Virus record (IMG/VR): IMGVR_UViG_3300005613_000027 | Span: 1 to 64,000 of that record | Strand: one strand, 5' to 3' | From: a virus | DNA: 64,000 nucleotides | In this document: positions 20,402-30,594 of the stretch, piece by piece | Layout of the letters: each line of letters begins with the position of its first letter | How positions within the stretch are numbered: the first letter of the stretch is position 1 | The notes under the pieces: model-generated | Databases searched by the model: none | What the model saw: only the letters and a program-made list of their open reading frames with translations | Told to the model about the DNA's origin: nothing | Translations under genes and position numbers: made by a program

Positions 20402-21412
20402 TTAATCTTCTAACAAACTCCAATGCAGTACATAATTAGCGCTATCCATGTCACCCATAAAGGTTACATCAAAACCACTGGTAGTTGTAGCAGAAACTAT
20501 ATATGCATAAATAGATGGAGGTGAATCTGTAGTATTAGCCATAGTAGCATTCACTGTATAATTAGTGTGCCCTATATCAGCAAAAGAAACAGACACAAAA
20601 GAAGCACCGTTAGCAATTGCTTGTCTGCCTTTTTTACTTATACTTCCTTGATCAACATACCATTTAGTAGCAAGATGGTAGTCTAATGTAGGATCAATAC
20701 CAGAAACAGTAGCAGTAAAACCCCTATCTGCATTAGTAGGTACATACTGTAAATGATCATCGTCATCTAAACCAGTAAGATTACCATGATCCACTATAGT
20801 ACCAAGTCTTACCCAATCAGTGCCATTAAAAACATAAACAACATCTTCATCCTCTACCCAAGTAGCAAAACCCTCGTTAGATTCTATAATATCCCATGAT
20901 GTACCATTCCATTCAGCAATATTATCTTCTTCACCTGCCCAAGTACCACTTGCTGTAGCAGAAATAAGATATCTGTCTCCTATGGAAGGACCGCCTGGTG
21001 GGTCATTAATTATATCTAAAACAGAATCTTGCCAATCTAAAACTGAAACCTGGCTATCAACATATTGTTTTGTAGTTAAATGGTAAGGCTCTGTGGGTGT
21101 GACACCAGAAACAGTAGCAGTAAAACCCCTTACACCTGTTCTAGGAACATACTGTAAATGGTCATCATCTTCTAATCCTATAAGTTGATCGTGCTCATAG
21201 GGAATAGTACCGCTTAAGGTGTCAATCTCATCATCTACATACCATTTAGTAGTTAATTGATAATCTTGAACAGGGTCAACACCACTAATAGTAGTATCTA
21301 ATCTTAGCTCCTGAGCTACATCATCCCACCATATATGAGAATCAAGATCAGTACCAAAAATAATCCTCTGGCCATCTGCAAGAAATAATTCTTTACCCTT
21401 AAATTTAGCCAT
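20402..21412 (-). CDS. Fibre-like structural protein with DUF2793-like domain
   Basis: PPGGPSIGDRYLI...GTWAG...IAEWNG..W...EG; repeated ISGVDP...LTTKWYVD and GLDDDDHLQY units. Confidence 0.65.
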   Translation of the reverse strand: MAKFKGKELFLADGQRIIFGTDLDSHIWWDDVAQELRLDTTISGVDPVQDYQLTTKWYVDDEIDTLSGTIPYEHDQLIGLEDDDHLQYVPRTGVRGFTATVSGVTPTEPYHLTTKQYVDSQVSVLDWQDSVLDIINDPPGGPSIGDRYLISATASGTWAGEEDNIAEWNGTSWDIIESNEGFATWVEDEDVVYVFNGTDWVRLGTIVDHGNLTGLDDDDHLQYVPTNADRGFTATVSGIDPTLDYHLATKWYVDQGSISKKGRQAIANGASFVSVSFADIGHTNYTVNATMANTTDSPPSIYAYIVSATTTSGFDVTFMGDMDSANYVLHWSLLED

Positions 21413-21430
21413 TTTAATTATTTCTCCTTT

Positions 21431-21967
21431 TTATAAATTTACGTCTCCTATATAAAATCCAGGATCAAATCTTATGACATCTTTAGAGATTGCCATACCA
21501 ACAGGTTGAACCCAAGAACCTTCTACAGGTTTAACCTTTGTTAAAGCGCCTTCAATAGTGGAAACATATATTATGTCTCCAGGTGTCCATGCCCATGAAC
21601 CTCTCCTAACAATCCCTTTCCATAAGATTTCTTTGGTACCCGTATCCTCTTCTAAGGCCAATGCCATACAGGGCATTTTTACAGTGCCTCTTTCTGCTGA
21701 ACATTGAGCCCATCTTCCTTTTTTATTCATGTATAATGGACAACCAAACCCAGTATCATTATCCACTACTTTCATGAATGAAGTTTCACCGCTCCAGCCA
21801 ATAACATAACCGTGTAAAACATCTTGTTTGGGTTTAGTGTTATATACTATACTATAACTACCTACCCGTAGAGCCCCTTCTAATACTGGGTCAGTCTTGA
21901 GAAGATAACTCTCAGACATTCTCTCAAGCAACTCTAATACATATTCTAATACTTCATTATCTGACAA
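21431..21967 (-). CDS. Putative decoration/fibre protein
   Basis: WTPGDIIYVS...GALT...P...VQPVG.A cement-like motif. Confidence 0.5.
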   Translation of the reverse strand: MSDNEVLEYVLELLERMSESYLLKTDPVLEGALRVGSYSIVYNTKPKQDVLHGYVIGWSGETSFMKVVDNDTGFGCPLYMNKKGRWAQCSAERGTVKMPCMALALEEDTGTKEILWKGIVRRGSWAWTPGDIIYVSTIEGALTKVKPVEGSWVQPVGMAISKDVIRFDPGFYIGDVNL

Positions 21968-21982
21968 AATCCTTCTCCTTTA

Positions 21983-22516
21983 CTACAAACTCGTAGCCGT
22001 CCATTCCAAATAATAATTATTTGAATCTATAGTGCCCGAAAACTCAATAATGAAACCAGTAGTAGCCTTAAAACTAATAATAGAAGGATATATAGATGGT
22101 TCCGTGTCTATTACATTACTTATATCATAATTTACAACATAATTTGTATTTGGAAATGGATTAGCAAAAGTAACATACTTACTTGAAATTCCATTAGCAA
22201 GCGATGTTCTTCCTTTTTCATCTGCATCAACACAAGTATCATACTCATAATTAGCTCTTAATTTATCACCTGGGTAAGGGGCTATTTCTGTAAAAGTTAT
22301 TTCATTAGGCCCAGACTCAATAAAATCATAAGGACTGTGTAAAGATTGACCGTTCCACATTACCGTTATACTACCAGATAAATAATCATTAGGAGTATAA
22401 AACACTTTATTAGAGTTGTCTAAAGTGCCGCTCAATGTTTCAGCAATACCTACACATTTTCCCCTAGTAGTTATAACTGAATCTTGTATTGTTCTGCGTT
22501 TTTTTAAAACAATCAT
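21983..22516 (-). CDS. Putative virion structural protein
   Basis: C-terminal KGR..LANG...VTF...F.I.F.G..DS.NY.L.W domain shared with 20402..21412. Confidence 0.55.
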   Translation of the reverse strand: MIVLKKRRTIQDSVITTRGKCVGIAETLSGTLDNSNKVFYTPNDYLSGSITVMWNGQSLHSPYDFIESGPNEITFTEIAPYPGDKLRANYEYDTCVDADEKGRTSLANGISSKYVTFANPFPNTNYVVNYDISNVIDTEPSIYPSIISFKATTGFIIEFSGTIDSNNYYLEWTATSL

Positions 22517-22544
22517 TTCTATTCAAACCCCTGTTTTTAGGCAT

Positions 22545-22658
22545 AAAAAAAGGCCAAGAATTACACAAACAGCTCCGGGGTCGACTTTTTCATCCACACC
22601 GTCGCTGTGTTTACAGTGTAATTCTTAGCCATATCAACCCGTCCTTAGTTTGTGATAT
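22545..22658 (-). ncRNA. Structured intergenic RNA ending in a U-tract (terminator/attenuator candidate)
   Basis: 15-bp stem 22552-22566/22616-22630 with a G-U pair, inner stem, U7 tail, upstream hairpin. Confidence 0.5.
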
Positions 22659-22663
22659 TATCG

Positions 22664-23050
22664 CTAGGAATCGTCTTCGTTGTCCTGTACCGTATCCTCT
22701 TGCTCATCTGGAGTTCTTAATGCTTCCAAATCTGCTTGTTCTTGTTTGAACCTAGCTTCTTCTTCTCTAGCATCCTTTAACTTAGCCATCGTTTCACGTC
22801 TTGCAACGTCTCTTTCAGCAGCAGCAATCATATTGCTGACTAAATCCATTATAATTTTTTCATTAAGCTTAAGTTGTGCTATTTCTCCTTGTAGTACGTT
22901 AAGTTGTTTAGTTTTCTTTTCAATATCAACTCTGAACCTTTCTACTAAAGCAACTATAAAACCAACTTCTTCCTTACTTATTACTTTCCTTTGTTCGGCA
23001 TTCATTATAGTATGCCGTAATTTATTGCGCTGTGCTCTATCCTCTAACAT
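22664..23050 (-). CDS. Coiled-coil hypothetical protein
   Basis: 128 aa, GAGGAG RBS. Confidence 0.6.
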   Translation of the reverse strand: MLEDRAQRNKLRHTIMNAEQRKVISKEEVGFIVALVERFRVDIEKKTKQLNVLQGEIAQLKLNEKIIMDLVSNMIAAAERDVARRETMAKLKDAREEEARFKQEQADLEALRTPDEQEDTVQDNEDDS

Positions 23051-23083
23051 CTACCTTTTCCTCCTCAAATTAATTGTATTAAA

Positions 23084-23117
23084 TCCAGGGGTATACGTTA
23101 GTACGCATACCCCTGGA
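23084..23117 (-). terminator. Hairpin (terminator-like)
   Basis: TCCAGGGGTAT...ATACCCCTGGA stem just after 23141..23545. Confidence 0.55.
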
Positions 23118-23140
23118 AGCCTTGTAGCTATATATTTTAA

Positions 23141-23545
23141 TTAAGTAACGACGTATGGATTCCAAATTCCGTCACTACTTTGAACATACATATTAAATCT
23201 ATAAGTACCAGGACCAGTATAACTTGACGCTGAAGTAATCATAGCAGCAGTAATAATGTGTTCAAATTCAACGTCAGCAATAACATATCCTGTGAACATC
23301 AAATCACCCGTATAAACTCCAGTTCCACCCATTTCAATTCTATAATTACCATCTATATTGCTAGTCCATCTTACAACTACCGAATCAAAACCATCTGCAG
23401 TATAAACAGTTTCAAGAGACGCATCCTGTACCAATTCAGAGACTATACCAAACAGGAAATTTACATTTTGCCCAGTTGGGGCTACATAACTTCCTTCAAA
23501 AGTAAAATTAACAGCATCGCCCGCTGGCGGTGTATAAATTGTCAT
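23141..23545 (-). CDS. Putative structural protein
   Basis: 134 aa; tandem YxxPxGxxVNFxF N-terminal repeat. Confidence 0.55.
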   Translation of the reverse strand: MTIYTPPAGDAVNFTFEGSYVAPTGQNVNFLFGIVSELVQDASLETVYTADGFDSVVVRWTSNIDGNYRIEMGGTGVYTGDLMFTGYVIADVEFEHIITAAMITSASSYTGPGTYRFNMYVQSSDGIWNPYVVT

Positions 23546-23555
23546 AATTTCCTCC

Positions 23556-25964
23556 TTAAGTCCTTATCACATACGTAATATTGTCATCTTGGTACAGGTC
23601 CATATGAAATGTTATTCCTGATGTACTAGTTTCAGCGTAATCTCTATCCGCATTAACACCAGCAGATCCTGTGCTAGCAGCTAAAAGTTGACCATTATGG
23701 TATACATCCATATTTTGACCTTCTTTACCGCCAGCAGACACTGGTGTATAGGTGGCACTACCTGGTAATGGGTGTTCGACTCCAGCAGAAAGATCTGACG
23801 ACAAAGCTTCTAAATATTTGTCACCAGATGTGCTGGAAATAGCATCATTATTGTCTTTAATAGCTTGATCCAAAGCATCTAGAGAAGAGGTGATTGTTTC
23901 TCCATCAGTAATATAATTATCTTCTGTATAAGTCCTGTTACCAATCTTATCATTAATATTATCTAAAGCCTGCTTCAAATTATCAGTGGACTCAACCATC
24001 CAATAATTTCCAGTATTACTCCAACTTGGTCCAACAACATCATCGCCGCCGCCAGTAAAAGCCCACAGGTTAACCATATCATCTACTAATTCCGCATCAC
24101 CTTCCCAACGACTAACGAAATCTGTCCTCATCCATTCCCATTCTTCCACTTCACTTAAAAGCCTTCTGCGTGGAAAAACCATCGTAATGTTTGCAGGATC
24201 AGAGGCTGTCCATGTATAAGGAGCATCATTCACATAAAATCTTACATATACATCATAATTATCTCCGGTACCACCAAAATCAGCACCATCATAAAATTTA
24301 GCATATATAATATTAGAAGTACCTGAAGCAGTAAACTCTGCTCCAGTATCAGTATTGATTAAGTCAATAACACATACGTTATCGGTACCTCCCTCATCAT
24401 AATAACTACCATTATTAGTAGTGCTTGAAAAAATACACAACCCACGTGTATCTGTAGTATTTGCATATCCTACATTAGTATTATATAGAAAACCAGTATC
24501 AGTAGTCGAAATATCAAAACCAACACCTGAATTAGTGGCCTCTACAGCATTAATAATAGTTTTTGCATCTAAAGTATTACCTGAGAAATTATAAAGAGTA
24601 CCTTCTTTATCCGTACCAGTATCAGACGGATCAGTATATGTTTGTAAAGCATCGTACCAATTCCACGTGCCAGTCCCTCCTTTTAAATCATGTAAAATAG
24701 TTCTAATTACATTCATATCATGCTCTAAAACATCATCAGCACTAGCATCATCAGTAGAACCACTAGGTTCGGCCACTGCCTGTGTAGTAGTTCCAGAAAC
24801 AGTGTCATCATATGTTGCCGATCTCCTAATTTGTTCATATTGAGTTAACAAACTTCTTTGCAAACTAGGTGGTGTAGCATAACACGTAGTAATTTGATCA
24901 GGACTAGTGGCAAGGCTATCCACTGTCGCTTCATAAGTCGCAACACCAATACTTGTCAAATTAAGCGTAGCAGTAGCATAACCATTAGCATCAGTATTCA
25001 CCGGATTAGCACTAAAATTACCTATATTATCGCCAGCAATTCCAGAAAAAGTTACGGGAGCAGATTCTACACCCTCACCATTAGTATCAGTGACTAAAAC
25101 TTTCAACGTAATAGCGCTTCCGTTATATCCAGCTGTAATAGAGTCATTTGTAAACTCTATTTTATTTAAAGTTGCAAATCCATAGGTAGAAAATTTAGTA
25201 ACATCGAAGGTTAACTTCTTTGTGCCTTCAGTCCAAACAAAATTATCTAATCTACCTGCATCCTCAACCGAAAGTTCAGTTTTGGCAGTACCATCATATT
25301 GTGTTAAAGATGTGTATTCACCATCAACCAACATTGTAATAAACGGTTTAGCAGTTGTTGTAAAAGTTTTTTCAACTGACACAAATCCAGTATCATCATA
25401 TTCAATGAGTTTCCAAATCTGACTTCCAGATACCGCAGTTAAAGTATTACCTGTCATCTGGATACCAGTGAAATCCCTATCATGAAATCTGAGCTGCTTA
25501 ACATTTGCTTTAGCAAACGTTAAATCTATATCATTAGTAGAATCTCTTAAAGTATTAGTTTCATCATTACCGTCATTAAGGGCAACCCATGACAAAGATT
25601 CTTGTTTTGTAGGCGCTGTCCAACTAAATTTAATACCACTAGCTGTAATGACCCCAGATTCTACTTGACTAGCATCTCTAAATCTAGCATACAAATATTG
25701 AATATCACTTTCGGTAGTATCCAAATCAATACTTACAGTTCCACTAGCCGGTAATACATTCCAAGAAGCAGATCCTTCAGTAGGAAAATCAGCGTAGCCC
25801 CATAACTTATATTCCGTATAAGTAAGGTCATCGGGGGCAGATAAACCAACATTAACTGCCTCACCATGAGCATACCAATCTGCATCATCAGAGTTTTGCA
25901 CACTAATAAGGCCTGAAGCTGGCATTGACGTAGCAATGTCTAAATACATATAATTAGTAGCCAT
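23556..25964 (-). CDS. Large virion protein: Ig-like (Big-1-like) domain plus C-terminal half paralogous to 25991..27301
   Basis: VTDTNGEGVESAPVTF...TDANGYATATL; RSLLTQYEQIRRSATYDD. Confidence 0.65.
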   Translation of the reverse strand: MATNYMYLDIATSMPASGLISVQNSDDADWYAHGEAVNVGLSAPDDLTYTEYKLWGYADFPTEGSASWNVLPASGTVSIDLDTTESDIQYLYARFRDASQVESGVITASGIKFSWTAPTKQESLSWVALNDGNDETNTLRDSTNDIDLTFAKANVKQLRFHDRDFTGIQMTGNTLTAVSGSQIWKLIEYDDTGFVSVEKTFTTTAKPFITMLVDGEYTSLTQYDGTAKTELSVEDAGRLDNFVWTEGTKKLTFDVTKFSTYGFATLNKIEFTNDSITAGYNGSAITLKVLVTDTNGEGVESAPVTFSGIAGDNIGNFSANPVNTDANGYATATLNLTSIGVATYEATVDSLATSPDQITTCYATPPSLQRSLLTQYEQIRRSATYDDTVSGTTTQAVAEPSGSTDDASADDVLEHDMNVIRTILHDLKGGTGTWNWYDALQTYTDPSDTGTDKEGTLYNFSGNTLDAKTIINAVEATNSGVGFDISTTDTGFLYNTNVGYANTTDTRGLCIFSSTTNNGSYYDEGGTDNVCVIDLINTDTGAEFTASGTSNIIYAKFYDGADFGGTGDNYDVYVRFYVNDAPYTWTASDPANITMVFPRRRLLSEVEEWEWMRTDFVSRWEGDAELVDDMVNLWAFTGGGDDVVGPSWSNTGNYWMVESTDNLKQALDNINDKIGNRTYTEDNYITDGETITSSLDALDQAIKDNNDAISSTSGDKYLEALSSDLSAGVEHPLPGSATYTPVSAGGKEGQNMDVYHNGQLLAASTGSAGVNADRDYAETSTSGITFHMDLYQDDNITYVIRT

Positions 25965-25990
25965 AGCTTATATACTCCCCTTATTTTATA

Positions 25991-27301
25991 TTAAGTTCGA
26001 ACTACGTAAGTTATATTCCTACCTATCTGAACATTAAATCTAAATGTGATACCAGAAGCAGTAGTTTCTCCGTAATCTCTATCTGCATTAGCTCCATTAG
26101 CACCAGTATCCGCAGCAAGTAATTGACCATCTATATAAACATCCATATTTTTACCTTCTTGGCCTGGGGTAGAATTAGGTGTATAACCACCACCAGCTGT
26201 GATAGCAGCAGGTAGTGTATGTAAAGTATTAACTGTAATCGGAGCAGCAACAGACTCTACATACTTATCTCCAGCAGAAGAGGTAATAGCATCAGCATTG
26301 TCTTTAATAGCTTGATCCAAGGCATCTAGAGAAGTGGTGATTGTTTCTCCATCAGTAAGATAGTTATCTTCCGTATAACTTCTGTCGCCAACACCATCAT
26401 TTATATCATCTATAGCAGTTTTCAAATCACTAGGATCACCATCTAATAGATAATAAGAACCAGTATTGGTCCATGGACCAGCATCGCTGTCACCATCAGA
26501 AGCGCCAGTAAATGACCATAAGTTAGAAATATCTTCTACAAGCTCAACATCGCCTTCCCAAGAGCTTACGAAGTCAGTTCTTAACCATTCCCATTCTTGC
26601 ATCTCTGATAATATCTTACGTTGAGGATATACAAACTTAACCGCTGTAGGTGCAGGATCTACTGTGCTCAAATCAGTTTCAACATCGTTAGCAAAAAATT
26701 TCACATATACGTCAGTTCCATCACCGGAACCAGCGTAATCAGCACCATCATAAAATTTAGCATATATAATGTTTCCACTACCATCTTGCATTTCAGCATC
26801 TTGAGTTACATCAAGAACATCGATACGGCATACGTTATCATTCCCACCTTCATCATAGTAAGTACCACTATTTGTGACACTTAAGAAAATAGGTAAACCA
26901 CGCGTATCCGTAGTATCCGCATAACCAGTAGTAATAGTTCTCAATAAACCTGTGCTAGTACCAGAAACAGTATAACCCGCTCCAGCAACACCGTCATCAG
27001 TAACGGCTAATATAATAGTATTAGCATCAAGTGTGTTTCCAGAAAAATTATAAAGTGTAGCAGATTTATCAGCCACAGTATTAGATGGATCGGTATATGT
27101 CTCTAAAGCATCATACCAATTCCAAGAACCACTACCACCCTTTAAATCATGAATAAGGGTTCTGATTACATTCATATCCTCTTCAAGAGAACCAGACACT
27201 GTAGGCTCAGCGACAGCAGACGTGTTAACACCAGCAACAGCGTCATCGTAAGTTGCTGAACGTCTAATCTGTTCTAATTGTCTTAGTAAACTTCTAGCCA
27301 T
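25991..27301 (-). CDS. Virion structural/decoration protein
   Basis: 436 aa acidic, Thr/Gly-rich, close to capsid gene. Confidence 0.6.
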   Translation of the reverse strand: MARSLLRQLEQIRRSATYDDAVAGVNTSAVAEPTVSGSLEEDMNVIRTLIHDLKGGSGSWNWYDALETYTDPSNTVADKSATLYNFSGNTLDANTIILAVTDDGVAGAGYTVSGTSTGLLRTITTGYADTTDTRGLPIFLSVTNSGTYYDEGGNDNVCRIDVLDVTQDAEMQDGSGNIIYAKFYDGADYAGSGDGTDVYVKFFANDVETDLSTVDPAPTAVKFVYPQRKILSEMQEWEWLRTDFVSSWEGDVELVEDISNLWSFTGASDGDSDAGPWTNTGSYYLLDGDPSDLKTAIDDINDGVGDRSYTEDNYLTDGETITTSLDALDQAIKDNADAITSSAGDKYVESVAAPITVNTLHTLPAAITAGGGYTPNSTPGQEGKNMDVYIDGQLLAADTGANGANADRDYGETTASGITFRFNVQIGRNITYVVRT

Positions 27302-27370
27302 AACAAGTCTCCTCCTAAATTGTTTTTTAGAAAATTAACTTTCGTAAATCATAGGAGGCACATTCAAAGT

Positions 27371-27850
27371 TTACCTCCTTTGTGTTTCCAATTCCATAAT
27401 TCTTTTTTTTAGAATACGACAAAGGCTGTCTTTACCAGATCTAGGTGTAGCTTCTGACAAGGAATACTTCAAAAGCTTAACATCTACAACATCTGGTATA
27501 ACCTCTCTCGCTTGTCTAACAGATAAATTAACAACTTCCTCTATACCCATATTCTTGGGATTTATCTTTGTTATATCTATTCGCCTTTCCTCAATTTGTG
27601 CAGGTGTTTCTTCCTGTACTTCTATAGCTTCCGCTTTTTCAGCTTCCTCGGCCATTACAATATGCCAATTATCGTTGCCTCGCAACTTAACATTTTTCAA
27701 CCACTCTATAAATTCTTGCCCCTTTTCCAACTCATGTTTCGGGCCATATTGGTCGTACAATTCATCAAGTGGGATCTTTTGGCCGGGGCTAACGGCTCTC
27801 TTCATAGCATGAAGCCACATAGACCCTTTATTAATAAGATGTCCATTCAT
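27371..27850 (-). CDS. Hypothetical protein
   Basis: 159 aa ORF with RBS. Confidence 0.6.
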   Translation of the reverse strand: MNGHLINKGSMWLHAMKRAVSPGQKIPLDELYDQYGPKHELEKGQEFIEWLKNVKLRGNDNWHIVMAEEAEKAEAIEVQEETPAQIEERRIDITKINPKNMGIEEVVNLSVRQAREVIPDVVDVKLLKYSLSEATPRSGKDSLCRILKKRIMELETQRR

Positions 27851-27889
27851 TTATCTTCTCCTTTTCTTTACTATTTCAATCCCCTTGTC

Positions 27890-28225
27890 CTAAAGTGCAT
27901 TCCTATCAAGTCTATCAATTAAATAATGCAGTATATTAGATAATCTGTGTAAAACAATGCCTGCAAAAAAAACATTAAGCATTACATTATTTATAACTAA
28001 CATACAAATAGCTATAAACCACCCTATCCACACCGAAGTACAATAACCGCAGTCAAGTAAATCATGTATGTATTTACAAAATCTGCTCTTCGTTCCCTTT
28101 ACGAAAAAAAACTTCCTAATTGGTCTAAATAATTTAGATTTGGTTATAATCTGTGTTATTGCTTCGGTAAGTATAACTGCAAACAAGATAAGGCCAATAA
28201 CTATCAATACTCTCAACATTTTCAC
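27890..28225 (-). CDS. DUF1360-like membrane protein
   Basis: Hydrophobic helices and LLDCGYCTSVW motif. Confidence 0.65.
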   Translation of the reverse strand: MKMLRVLIVIGLILFAVILTEAITQIITKSKLFRPIRKFFFVKGTKSRFCKYIHDLLDCGYCTSVWIGWFIAICMLVINNVMLNVFFAGIVLHRLSNILHYLIDRLDRNAL

Positions 28226-28238
28226 ACCATAAAAGTCT

Positions 28239-28276
28239 CATCTCACATTACCACACAACAGCAGTAATGTGAGATG
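28239..28276 (-). terminator. Hairpin after major capsid gene
   Basis: 13-bp stem CATCTCACATTAC/GTAATGTGAGATG, short U-run nearby. Confidence 0.6.
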
Positions 28277-28284
28277 TTTATATT

Positions 28285-29181
28285 TTACAGACTTCTGTCA
28301 ATAACTCCCATTCCCAGCATTCTACTGTCTAAACAAGCAAAGCCTATCTCAGCCCAACCAAAGAAACCTTGTTTCTGCATTCTCAACAGAGTTGGATCAT
28401 CATGAGCTTCATAGTCCTTACGGATAGGCATTACAAGAGAATCATTAACACTAAGATCAAATCCCAGAATCTGAGTTTCACCTAATGTGCTGACTGTACC
28501 GTCAGCAGCAGTTACATTAGGATTATCAAGAGTATAATTATTATAGGTATCTACACCATCTGCTAAGAACTTACCATAACTAGATGTACTACCGTTAATG
28601 TTGTACATACCAGTAGCACCTAAATGCTGTATTTCATGGAGTCTAACATTCCAGATGCTTCCCATACCCGCTGCTTGAAAAATCTCACGTCTAGTTACAG
28701 GATCAATATCTGTATCTGTCCACTCACGAATATCTGCAGCATCTTCTGGAGATACATACAGATCGCCGAGTGTTCTACCAGTTCTCTTGAACCCAACAAT
28801 CATTTTGTTAATAAGTTCTTTAGATAGATAACCGGCTCCAGTGGAAGCAGGATTAATCTCGTAAATTGGGGCGGGCCTTGACCCTAAAAGACCTTTACCT
28901 GAAAATGCTGAAGTTGCCGCAGGCATAATAACCCGCCAACCACACTCTTCTTCATAATTAGCGAGATCTTTGGCAGCCCTTGCCGCAGCTCTCTGTGGAA
29001 TATCCACACGAGAATCTCTTGCATAAGTAATTTTCCAATCCGCAGATGCATCAATCGTGAATGTCGGAACATATACTTCTTCTCCGATACCCTCGATGAA
29101 ATTCTGAGCTACATAACTCAGCCCAGGTAATACCCAAACCGGAATTTCAAAATCTTCTGCGATAGGGTAAACCGCTTGTGC
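28285..29181 (-). CDS. Major capsid protein, exon 2
   Basis: Joins in frame to exon 1 (...VERLGPG|AQAVYPIAEDF...), 356 aa spliced; HK97-type features (VYVPTFTIDASADWK, LYVSPE, QGFFGWAEIGF); downstream of scaffold/cement genes. Confidence 0.8.
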   Translation of the reverse strand, partial: AQAVYPIAEDFEIPVWVLPGLSYVAQNFIEGIGEEVYVPTFTIDASADWKITYARDSRVDIPQRAAARAAKDLANYEEECGWRVIMPAATSAFSGKGLLGSRPAPIYEINPASTGAGYLSKELINKMIVGFKRTGRTLGDLYVSPEDAADIREWTDTDIDPVTRREIFQAAGMGSIWNVRLHEIQHLGATGMYNINGSTSSYGKFLADGVDTYNNYTLDNPNVTAADGTVSTLGETQILGFDLSVNDSLVMPIRKDYEAHDDPTLLRMQKQGFFGWAEIGFACLDSRMLGMGVIDRSL

Positions 29182-30361
29182 CATTCTGTTACTTGTATGA
29201 CCTGTAAAATTATTACAGGCGGGGGTTTGCGAAAACCCCTCTCACAGATTTCCTGTGAGTTCAGACTATGTCTTAATCTTCGTTAGAAGATTCCTCTCGT
29301 TTAGTCGTTGAGGTGTCTTTAACATTGTATTTAACTTTTTCTTTTTTCATAAGTTCGTATAATTCAATAGATTCTTCAGAATATGGTCTTGTGTTTTTAC
29401 CAATACGCGATTTACAAAAAGAGTGTAACAATTCACATTCAAATGTTTTACCTCTCACTTTATTCTTTAAAAACTCAACTAGTTTATAACACGCGTCCAA
29501 ATTTTCAATCTCAATCTCATTAATAACAAAACGCCTGTTTCTACCGTGCTTTCTGCCTTTTGGTCGTTCTCTAATGCTATATTTAATATTATACATTTTT
29601 AATGTTTCAACAACATTATTCAGTATGCATTTATTAGTAGTAGTAAATGATATATACGGTTTGTATCTAAAATTACCATTTCTACGCTTTATTCTTTTTA
29701 TAGCAAAACAACCATCACCATCGGCTAAACCAGCAAGCCAGTATAAAGAATTATTTCTAAATCCGTAGTCTATTAAATTACATTGAACATTGAAGTTATT
29801 TACGATACTAGTAAATCTTAAAGAATAAGCGTCATAACTGCTTTTTTTACCTTCATTAATTATTTTATCAAGTCTGTATCTACAAAACTCAGAAAGTGTT
29901 ATAAGTTGGTTTCTTTTACCAACTAAACTATTAAGAATTATGTCAGCCAAACTAATTACTTTACCCAATCTTCTAACAGAAATCTGGGTAGATAATTTTC
30001 TAAAGTTTCTACTACCACCCTCTATTCGTGTTCTATCACTAACATAAATATGATGATTTATATTGAACTCACTCAACACTATATGTGTATGTGTTACTAT
30101 ATCATCATTGGCGCTATATATAGTTACTTTAGGTTGTAAGGACACATTTCTTTTAGTCTTATTTTTGCTCAAATTAATACTACCATCTGAATCTATAAGA
30201 CCCGATAACCAATCAATGTCTTCAATGTTAAAGTTCCCTGCGTAATTGCCCATTGTAATCCTCCTTATTTTTACCATATTAGTAAAGTAGGCTTTAGGGG
30301 TTCTTAGCAAATAGAAAGGTTCTCATATAAATATCACTATTTATACGGGGCACAAAATTTT
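29182..30361 (-). mobile_element. Group I intron (1180 nt) in major capsid gene
   Basis: 5' exon ends in U, intron ends in G. IGS UUGUGCCC pairs with exon 1 GGGU (P1) and exon 2 GCACAA (P10). R element CCUCAACGACUAAACG and S element AAGACAUAGUCUGA form P7. P9 hairpins at about 29200-29260. Confidence 0.9.
29273..30253 (-). CDS. Intron-encoded double-motif LAGLIDADG homing endonuclease
   Basis: WLSGLIDSDGS and WLAGLADGDGC; start revised to ATG 30253 behind AAGGAGG. Confidence 0.9.
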   Translation of the reverse strand: MGNYAGNFNIEDIDWLSGLIDSDGSINLSKNKTKRNVSLQPKVTIYSANDDIVTHTHIVLSEFNINHHIYVSDRTRIEGGSRNFRKLSTQISVRRLGKVISLADIILNSLVGKRNQLITLSEFCRYRLDKIINEGKKSSYDAYSLRFTSIVNNFNVQCNLIDYGFRNNSLYWLAGLADGDGCFAIKRIKRRNGNFRYKPYISFTTTNKCILNNVVETLKMYNIKYSIRERPKGRKHGRNRRFVINEIEIENLDACYKLVEFLKNKVRGKTFECELLHSFCKSRIGKNTRPYSEESIELYELMKKEKVKYNVKDTSTTKREESSNED

Positions 30362-30535
30362 ACCCGGACCAAGCCGTTCCACCGCGAAAAGTTTTCGCAT
30401 AATCGATTCCAATTCAAGTTTCTGCAGGATCGGAGTTGTCAATGCAGCTGCAAAAGCTCTATAAGCTGCAAGCCCTTCAGGTGTCTGAATTTCAGCAGTT
30501 GCCCTGAAAAGCTCCATCATTTCTTGTCTATCCAT
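30362..30535 (-). CDS. Major capsid protein, exon 1 (58 codons)
   Basis: Strong GGAGGAG RBS; ends at the group I 5' splice site. Confidence 0.8.
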
Positions 30536-30594
30536 AATAACAACTCCTCCTATATTATTAGTTTCGGAAGCACTATTCGTGCTTTAATCCGTAT

